From contig JBEKZX010000045.1 in NCBI GenBank assembly GCA_049509455.1, positions 1 through 12,463 on the forward strand: DNA of 12,463 nucleotides, written 5' to 3'. Made by a program: the position numbers and the translations under genes. Origin of the DNA: Conexivisphaerales archaeon. GTDB taxonomy: Archaea; Thermoproteota; Nitrososphaeria; Conexivisphaerales; DTJL01. This document shows, piece by piece, positions 6,721-12,463 of this stretch (the stretch's first letter is position 1; the number at the start of each line of letters is the position of its first letter). The notes under the pieces are model-generated. The model was not told the origin of the DNA and did not search any database. It saw nothing but the letters and a program-made list of their open reading frames with translations.

Positions 6721-8016
6721 CTAACCCAGGGAGGCCGCGATCTCCCTGACCTCTTGCGCGACCGAGGCCTCATCGACGGCCAATACCTCTCCGTCCCTCT
6801 GAACGACGTTCCCACCGGACACGGTCAGGCGCACGTCATCGGGCCTCGCACAGAAGACGAGGTTTCCCACTAGGTCCATGGAGGGGACCATGTGGGCGCG
6901 GTCGAGCCCGACCGCTATGAAATCCGCCTTGTAGCCTCTCTTAAGGCGGCCCACGTCGGAGTAGCCGAGGGCCGACGAACCGTTGGAGGTCGCCATGGCG
7001 AGGAGCTCCCTGGGCGGCAGCAGGGTGGCGTTTCGCCTCGCCGACCTCTGCAGATATGCCGCGGTCCGCATCTCTTCGAAGAAGTCCACGGAGTCGGCGC
7101 TGCCCACTCCGTCCGTCCCCAGCGCGACGTTGAGGCCTCCCTCGGCCATCTCCGCCACCGGCGCGACCCCCACTCCAAGCCGAGAATTCGACCGTGGGCA
7201 GTGCGCCACCGACGAGCCGGCCCCAGCGAGGCGAGCTATCCCCCACCTGTCTAAATGCACGCAGTGGGCCGCAAGGAACCGGGGGCCAATGATCCCCGTT
7301 CTGGTCAGCAGCGTGACTGGCGTAACGCCGTAGGAATCCTTGATGGCGGCGACCTCGGTGGACGCCTCAAGGAGGTGACCAGTCACCATAAGGTCGTAGG
7401 TGGAGGCCGCTTCGGCCACTCCGCGGAGCATCTCCTCCGAACATGCGTAGGACGAATGAATCGCTAGAGCCAGAGACCTGAGCCCCGCAGGTTCCTCAAC
7501 CTCCCGGGCATACTGACCAACCTGGCCGAGCCTCTTCCAACTCTCCTCCTTCATGGCCGGCACATGGTCAATGAAGGCCAGCGAAAGCGTGCATCTCATC
7601 TTAATCTTCGAGAGGGCCTTCAGAAGGGGTCTGACGTTATAGAAATCGATGAAGGAGGTGACTCCGCTCCTGGCGTACTCAATCATTGAGAGGAGGTTGC
7701 CGAAGACCATGGCGTCCTCACCTATGTGCTCTTCGAGAGGCCAGATCTTCTTCCTTAACCAGTCGTCCAGGCTGAGGCCGTTTCCTACGCCACGAAGGAT
7801 GCTCATGGCGGAATGGCAGTGAGCGTTCACGAACCCAGGGAGAATGATGGCCTCGCCCAGGTCCACGGTGTCTTCGAAGGGGCCGAACTCCTTGGACCCG
7901 GCGAACGTGCCCACGTACGCCAGCCTGCCGCCGTCCACGACCACGCAGCCTTCCTCCACAATGCGTCCGTCGGAGGAGGCAAGGAGGTACCTTGACTTGT
8001 AGCGAAGGGACGCCAC
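6721..8016 (-). CDS. mtaD: Amidohydrolase, 5'-methylthioadenosine/SAH/5'-deoxyadenosine deaminase (MtaD/DadD-like), 431 aa, GTG start
   Basis: PGFVNAHCHSAM (HxH), WL.KKIWPLE, HSSYACS, HLLE, AAHCVHL, CPRSN.RLG.G.AP, LGTDG..S. Context between ahcY and mtnP. Exact substrate inferred. Confidence 0.8.
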   Translation of the reverse strand: MASLRYKSRYLLASSDGRIVEEGCVVVDGGRLAYVGTFAGSKEFGPFEDTVDLGEAIILPGFVNAHCHSAMSILRGVGNGLSLDDWLRKKIWPLEEHIGEDAMVFGNLLSMIEYARSGVTSFIDFYNVRPLLKALSKIKMRCTLSLAFIDHVPAMKEESWKRLGQVGQYAREVEEPAGLRSLALAIHSSYACSEEMLRGVAEAASTYDLMVTGHLLEASTEVAAIKDSYGVTPVTLLTRTGIIGPRFLAAHCVHLDRWGIARLAGAGSSVAHCPRSNSRLGVGVAPVAEMAEGGLNVALGTDGVGSADSVDFFEEMRTAAYLQRSARRNATLLPPRELLAMATSNGSSALGYSDVGRLKRGYKADFIAVGLDRAHMVPSMDLVGNLVFCARPDDVRLTVSGGNVVQRDGEVLAVDEASVAQEVREIAASLG

Positions 8017-8041
8017 GATGATTCTATCGTAGGGGAGCCTG

Positions 8042-8048
8042 TTAAAAA
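8042..8048 (-). promoter_or_regulatory. TATA box for mtaD (divergent promoter region)
   Basis: TTTTTAA on the minus strand, 25 nt before GTG 8016. Confidence 0.6.
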
Positions 8049-8076
8049 GCTAGCTCGAAGGCTCCCCTCGAGTCAT

Positions 8077-8085
8077 GGATAAATA
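8077..8085 (+). promoter_or_regulatory. TATA-like box for mtnP
   Basis: GGATAAATA, 31 nt before TTG 8117. The identical 9-mer precedes the membrane-protein gene. Confidence 0.5.
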
Positions 8086-8116
8086 GCGCCTAAGGGCATT
8101 CAGCCTTTGATTCCGT

Positions 8117-8902
8117 TTGAAAGCAGAGATCGGCATCATCGGCGGCTCCGGCGTCTACGACATCTCAATGCTACGGGACTCCAGGGAGGTCAAGGTTTAC
8201 ACCCCCTTCGGGGACACCTCGGACAGGGTGACCCTGGGCGATTACGACGGAAGGAAGATCGCGTTCGTTCCGCGCCACGGCAAGGGACACAGGATACCTC
8301 CTCACATGGTCAACTACAGAGCGAACATCTGGGCGTTGAAGCAGCTGGGGGTCTCGAGGATCATAGCCCCCTCGGCGGTGGGCAGCCTACAGCCTGATGT
8401 CAAGCCTGGGGATCTAGTCTTCCCAGACCAGTTCATCGACATGACGAAAAGGAGGGAATACACCTTCTACGATGGGGGCCAGGTGGCCCACGTATCTCTT
8501 GCGGACCCTTTCTGCCCCGAGCTGAGGAAGGAAGCGGCCGCCCAGGCCCAGGGGATCTCCTTGGGTTTCAAAGGGAGCGGGACCTACGTCTGCATCGAAG
8601 GTCCCCGGTTCAGCACGAGGGCCGAGTCGGCGCTCTTCAAGAGCTGGGGCGCCCACGTGATAGGGATGACTTTAGTGCCCGAGGTGAACCTCGCGAGAGA
8701 GCAAGGGATCTGCTACTTGACGGTCGCCATGGTGACAGACTTCGATGTTTGGGCGGACAGGCCCGTAAGCGCCCATGAGGTAGTGAAGACCCTTCGGGAC
8801 AACGTGGAGAAGGTGCAGCGCCTCATGGCCGCGCTCATTCCGAACCTGCCGCAGCATAGGGGCTGCTCCTGCCATGAAGCACTAAAGGACTCCACTATTT
8901 AG
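8117..8902 (+). CDS. mtnP: 5'-methylthioadenosine phosphorylase, 261 aa, TTG start
   Basis: IGIIGGSG, RHGKGHRIPPHMVNYRANIWALK, DQFID.T..R..TFY, DPFCPELR, EGPRFSTRAES, GMT..PE..LARE, VTDFD, C-terminal CSC. Confidence 0.95.
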   Translation: MKAEIGIIGGSGVYDISMLRDSREVKVYTPFGDTSDRVTLGDYDGRKIAFVPRHGKGHRIPPHMVNYRANIWALKQLGVSRIIAPSAVGSLQPDVKPGDLVFPDQFIDMTKRREYTFYDGGQVAHVSLADPFCPELRKEAAAQAQGISLGFKGSGTYVCIEGPRFSTRAESALFKSWGAHVIGMTLVPEVNLAREQGICYLTVAMVTDFDVWADRPVSAHEVVKTLRDNVEKVQRLMAALIPNLPQHRGCSCHEALKDSTI

Positions 8903-11057
8903 AAGGTTTCGGCTGCGATTTAGAAGGTTTCGGCTGCGCCTGCTTCTGCTCAGGCTTCTTCAACACGTCCAGAGGCTGGGCCGACGCCTCCAGCTTCTCT
9001 ATCTTGGCCTCGAACTCTCCCTTCGGCAGCCTGTTGGCGATGCACTCCTCCAAGGCGGCCTTGCCTTCCCTGTAGATCGCCTCCAAGCGGGCGTCCTCGG
9101 CAGCAATCCTCTCGTACAGGGCCTTCTGTGACCTGTCTTTGAGGGACTTCGCCCTGAAGTCTTGAAGGCGGAGGGCCACCTTGCTCTTCTCCTCCTCTAG
9201 CGCCTTGCGCCTGGTGGAGTATTCTTCGAAGGAGGAGAAGCCCTCGCCCCTGAGCCTGCACTGCTCCAGTAGAGAGATGATCACGTCTGACTTCGCCTTG
9301 ACAATAGAGATGCCCTCTTCCTCGATGGGCTGGATGTTCCTGCGCCTGTAGAGGAAGAACACGAATAATCCGGCTATGAGGATCCCAACTATGACCGGCG
9401 TGGCCAGGTACAGGTTCCATCCCAGAGGGACCTTGGCCGTGATCACCACGGAGGGCATCGTCGTCTGGTTGACGAAAGAGGTGGGGGTGGAGGCCTGCGC
9501 GACCGTCCCTGAGGGAAAGCCGAAGATCACCGAGTAGTCCTGCACGAGCTGGGAGTAGTTCAGTGCCCCAGCTCCCAAGTTTATCGTGAGAGTCCCCCCG
9601 TTGTCCGAAACGGCGCTTCTGGGAAGCTCGTAAGTGATCACGAAGTCCTGCATGCTGGTGGCAGCGATGGAGACCGGCAAAGTGATGGTTCCCGCGCTCA
9701 GGTCGACTATTCCGCCATTGACAAGGCCTTCCCGCATCTCGTACTGGCCGCTCGCGGGAAGGGTCAAGTTGATTTCAGACAGGGCCTGTGTGTCGTAGTT
9801 GGTGATGGAAAGGTGGTCGGTGACCAAGACAGAGCCGTCACCAGCCAAGCCGATTGTGCGCTCGAGGCTAGTAATCTGAAAGAGGTTGAAGTCGGGGGAT
9901 GACGCCGTGAAATTGACGGGGATGACCATGGTTGAGGGAGCGATGTAGGTAGTATTCCAGATCTGCTCATAGACGGGGTTGGAGGGGGGCAGCTGCACGA
10001 AGTAGTATGGGGAAAGGTCCGAGCTTAGGGTGGCACCTGAAGGGAGCGATATCGTAGAGGTGGCGTTGTAGAGCAATGCTCCCTGGATATCTACGGTGGG
10101 GAAGGTCGTCAGGTTGTAAGTGTACGTGCCGGCCGTGTATTCGTTGACCGTGCCCCACGTCTTCATGTGAAACAGGAGCTGTCCGCTACCTCCCGCCACG
10201 ATGCTGGGGAGGTTGAAGATATAGGACTCAATGCCGTTGCCCAGCTGGGTCGACGACACTGGAACGCTGGAGCTCTCGTTCCATAGGTATGGCTGGTACG
10301 ACCCGTAGAAGGTCATGTTAAGGGGGAGAGTGCCCGTGCCAGATTGCCCCGTATTATTGATAGTGACGAGGGTGTCGATGTAAACCCAGCCAAAGTTGTC
10401 AACCGTCACAGTGTTGTTCACGAAATACAAAAGGTCAGATTCGGGGTAGCTCACCGGAACATACTCCACCTGAGGCACGGTGTTGTTGTAGAACTGCTCG
10501 TAGTAGTACTGCACCGGAAATTCAAGCTGCGTGTAGCCGTACTGGCTCATGTTGGTTGTGGGTGTCACGCCCCCTGGAAGGGTCAATATGGCCGTCGCGT
10601 TCGAATACACCCCTCCTGATACCTGCACGTCGGGAAAGTTGGTAAGGTTGTAAGTCCTGACGCCAGGGCTCGGCTCCTGCACCATCCCTGCTAGGGTCAG
10701 GGTGAACGTCAAGACAGTATCGTTTCCAGCCCCAGTGCTGTTCAGGTCGAATGAGTAGGTGGTCGTGCTCACGCCCATAGCCACGTTCGTCACGTTAAAA
10801 TTGGAAGTCATGTTCGTCACGAATGGAGTCAGGGCCCCTCCGTAGGTCAGGCTGACGGGGAGTGTGCCCGTATCGGAGGTGCCGTTGTTATGGAAGTCAA
10901 CAGCAGAGTTGATTGTCACGCCTCCGAAGTAGTCTATGTCGACTTGGTTCGTGACCGTGATGAGTATCGTTGGCGCCCCGTCCGCATGAGTGGTCACCGA
11001 TACGACCGGGAGCACAAGGACTAGCACTACCAATAAGGCTGCGAGCCTGTAGTTCAA
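8895..11057 (-). CDS. Type I membrane glycoprotein, ribophorin I (Ost1/RPN1)-like, about 720 aa
   Basis: Signal peptide, Thr/Asn/Val-rich ectodomain with 20 N-x-S/T sequons, TM helix (9348-9413) followed by RRR, charged helical cytoplasmic tail. SLERTIGLAGDGSVLVTDHLSITN resembles the ribophorin I LER.IEVSHWG.I.VEE...L pattern. TTG 11057 preferred over ATG 11090, which abuts the TATA-like box. ORF is solid; family call moderate. Confidence 0.7.
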   Translation of the reverse strand: MNYRLAALLVVLVLVLPVVSVTTHADGAPTILITVTNQVDIDYFGGVTINSAVDFHNNGTSDTGTLPVSLTYGGALTPFVTNMTSNFNVTNVAMGVSTTTYSFDLNSTGAGNDTVLTFTLTLAGMVQEPSPGVRTYNLTNFPDVQVSGGVYSNATAILTLPGGVTPTTNMSQYGYTQLEFPVQYYYEQFYNNTVPQVEYVPVSYPESDLLYFVNNTVTVDNFGWVYIDTLVTINNTGQSGTGTLPLNMTFYGSYQPYLWNESSSVPVSSTQLGNGIESYIFNLPSIVAGGSGQLLFHMKTWGTVNEYTAGTYTYNLTTFPTVDIQGALLYNATSTISLPSGATLSSDLSPYYFVQLPPSNPVYEQIWNTTYIAPSTMVIPVNFTASSPDFNLFQITSLERTIGLAGDGSVLVTDHLSITNYDTQALSEINLTLPASGQYEMREGLVNGGIVDLSAGTITLPVSIAATSMQDFVITYELPRSAVSDNGGTLTINLGAGALNYSQLVQDYSVIFGFPSGTVAQASTPTSFVNQTTMPSVVITAKVPLGWNLYLATPVIVGILIAGLFVFFLYRRRNIQPIEEEGISIVKAKSDVIISLLEQCRLRGEGFSSFEEYSTRRKALEEEKSKVALRLQDFRAKSLKDRSQKALYERIAAEDARLEAIYREGKAALEECIANRLPKGEFEAKIEKLEASAQPLDVLKKPEQKQAQPKPSKSQPKPSK
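8897..8938. repeat. Perfect 21-bp tandem duplication (ATTTAGAAGGTTTCGGCTGCG x2)
   Basis: 8897-8917 is identical to 8918-8938. It encodes QPKPSK twice on the minus strand and duplicates the mtnP TAG in frame on the plus strand. Confidence 0.97.
9879..10967 (-). repeat. Internal tandem protein-domain duplication (about 180 aa x2) in the membrane protein
   Basis: VDIDYFGGVTINSAVDFHNNGTSDTGTLPVSLTY vs VTVDNFGWVYIDTLVTINNTGQSGTGTLPLNMTF; TYNLTNFPDVQVSGGVYSNATAILTLPGG vs TYNLTTFPTVDIQGALLYNATSTISLPSG; YEQFYN vs YEQIWN. Confidence 0.9.
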
Positions 11058-11090
11058 AGCAAACTCTCGACCACCGTCAACTATGGTCAT

Positions 11091-11105
11091 TATTTATCCT
11101 TTTGG
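11091..11105 (-). promoter_or_regulatory. BRE/TATA-like element for the membrane-protein gene
   Basis: CCAAAAGGATAAATA on the minus strand, ending 33 nt before TTG 11057. Confidence 0.5.
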
Positions 11106-11281
11106 ATGAGATGGGTTGATTGCTTTTGCTCTGGGGCGGGAGGGGAAGAGACGACCAGCTCTACAAGACCTGGCGACGCCCCCAAGATGCCTGGTCCTCC
11201 CCACTTCGGGCATCTCTCGGTCGTCGTTGGACGCGGTTCGACCGGACTTTCTCCTAGGGGCTGACCTCAGGAGGCATTAAG

Positions 11282-11289
11282 TTTAAAAA
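11282..11289 (+). promoter_or_regulatory. TATA box for gcvPA
   Basis: TTTAAAAA, 24 nt before TTG 11314. Confidence 0.65.
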
Positions 11290-11313
11290 AAGCCAGAATC
11301 CATTTAGAGGGAA

Positions 11314-12463
11314 TTGAAGCCCTATTCTCACCTCCTCCCTAATTCTGACGAGACCGACAGGGAGAAGATGCTGAAGGCCCTGGATGTAAAGGGCATCGAC
11401 GACCTTTATTCGGATGTTCCTGCGGAGGCCTTCGCCAAGCGACCGATTGAGATGCCCGGACCCTACACCGAAATGGAGATCGAGCGTATCATCGACCAGA
11501 AGCTTTCCGGCGACAGAACGATGCCGGAGACACCCTGTTTCTTGGGAGGGGGGGCCTGGCCTCACTACGTGCCGCCGGCAGTCCAGCTCATCATGTCTCG
11601 CTCCGAGTTCTACACTTCGTACACGCCATACCAGCCTGAGGCCAGCCAGGGGATGCTCCAAGCGCTATTCGAATACCAGAGCCTAATCTGCGACCTCACC
11701 AAGATGGACGCCGCCAACGCGTCCATGTACGACTGGGCCACGGCGGCGGCCGAAGCAGCCCTGATGGCCATCCGCGTCACGGGCAGGAAGACCATCGTCG
11801 TTAGCAGGGCGTCCGGCTACGATCGGCGCAACGCCGTCAGGACATACGTCGAAGCTGCGGGCGGAAAAGTGTCAGAGGTCGATTTCAATTCAGGCACCGG
11901 GGTCACCGACATCGCCGCTCTAGGAGCCCAGGCCTCCGATGACGTCGCAGCCTTCTATGTAGAGCAGCCCAACTTCCTGGGCTGCATCGAGGAGTCCGTC
12001 TTCGAGATGGCGGAGCTTGCCCACAGGAAGAAGGCCCTCTTCATAGTGGGAGCCGAGCCGACCAGCCTCGGCCTGCTCAAGGCGCCTGGCGAGTATGGAG
12101 CCGACATCGTCGTCGGGGAAGGACAGCCGCTGGGCATCGCCCTGAGCTACGGAGGACCGCTGCTTGGCATCTTCGCGGCCAGGGGAGACTTGACCTTCAT
12201 AAGGCAGATGCCCGGGCGCATCGTGGGGGAGACCACCGAGAAGGAAGGTGGCCGCCGTGGATATGTTCTTGTGCTTCAGTCAAGGGAGCAGCACATCCGC
12301 CGCGAAAGGGCCACCTCTAACATCTGCACGAACCAAGCCCTGATGGCAGTCGCGGCGGCCGCATACCTATCGCTCCTTGGCGGGGATGGCCTCAAGGCCC
12401 TTAGCCGCACAATCGCTTCCAACGCCCACTATGTCGCAAAGAGAATAGCCGAGCTGAAGGACT
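11314..12463 (+). CDS. gcvPA: Glycine dehydrogenase (decarboxylating) subunit 1, 3'-truncated by the window edge
   Basis: Manual translation from TTG 11314: MKPYSHLLPNSDETDREKMLKALDVKGIDDLYSDVP...FLGGGAWPHYVP...SRSEFYTSYTPYQPEASQGMLQALFEYQS...ANASMYD.ATAAAEA...GEGQPLG...GGP...RQMPGRIVG...REQHIRRERATSNICTNQAL. No stop before the end. Confidence 0.96.
   Translation, partial: MKPYSHLLPNSDETDREKMLKALDVKGIDDLYSDVPAEAFAKRPIEMPGPYTEMEIERIIDQKLSGDRTMPETPCFLGGGAWPHYVPPAVQLIMSRSEFYTSYTPYQPEASQGMLQALFEYQSLICDLTKMDAANASMYDWATAAAEAALMAIRVTGRKTIVVSRASGYDRRNAVRTYVEAAGGKVSEVDFNSGTGVTDIAALGAQASDDVAAFYVEQPNFLGCIEESVFEMAELAHRKKALFIVGAEPTSLGLLKAPGEYGADIVVGEGQPLGIALSYGGPLLGIFAARGDLTFIRQMPGRIVGETTEKEGGRRGYVLVLQSREQHIRRERATSNICTNQALMAVAAAAYLSLLGGDGLKALSRTIASNAHYVAKRIAELKD

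Noticed and set aside
5823-6815. 330-aa minus-strand ORF in the track
   Set aside because: Antisense shadow of ahcY with no recognisable motifs; long antisense frames are expected at this GC content.
8860-8872. C-terminal CSC and other Cys in MtnP as a sign of thermophily (as in Sulfolobus MTAP II)
   Set aside because: The CxC motif also occurs in MTAPs of non-thermophiles, so it is not diagnostic.
8950-9420. 156-aa minus-strand ORF
   Set aside because: Alternative frame within the membrane-protein gene with low-complexity composition.
11140-11225. Fragments reminiscent of glycine (GAGAG...CCGAAG, minus strand) or cobalamin (GGGAAG...AGACCUG, plus strand) riboswitches
   Set aside because: The glycine-like words face away from gcvPA and lack CUCUCAGG; the cobalamin core is absent; the gcvPA TATA lies downstream of the region.
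11234-11244. CGG-TTCGA-CCG, T-arm-like
   Set aside because: Five-nt loop, three-bp stem and no cloverleaf; not a tRNA.
11241-11256. Minus-strand GGAGAAAGTCCGG resembling the RNase P RNA GAGGAAAGUCC motif
   Set aside because: No complementary 3' P4 strand (ACAGAA..CGGCUUA type) downstream, and too little room for RNase P RNA.
11254-11661. 135-aa minus-strand ORF
   Set aside because: Antisense to gcvPA and spans its promoter.

Overview
GC-rich archaeal chromosomal window, probably Thermoproteota/TACK (inferred from TATA-like boxes 22-33 nt upstream of starts, AGR-rich Arg codons and archaeal-type protein families). Left to right: the 3' end of an unidentified gene (+); a small Cys-rich ORF and a B12-binding-type radical SAM protein resembling GDGT ring synthases (Grs), with a possible 34-aa upstream ORF, the three joined by start/stop overlaps (-); a stand-alone cyclic-nucleotide-binding protein (+); a MarR regulator with an ABC-2 exporter and twin palindromic operators (-); a SAM by-product salvage cluster ahcY (+), mtaD-like deaminase (-) and mtnP (+); a ~720-aa type I membrane glycoprotein with ribophorin I (Ost1/RPN1)-like features and an internally duplicated ectodomain (-); and the 5' part of gcvPA (+), which is missing from the ORF track because it runs off the window. 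A perfect 21-bp tandem duplication sits at the overlapping convergent mtnP/membrane-protein junction. No rRNA, tRNA, CRISPR array or transposase was seen. Family assignments come from motifs read by eye and recalled family sequences; no database search was run.
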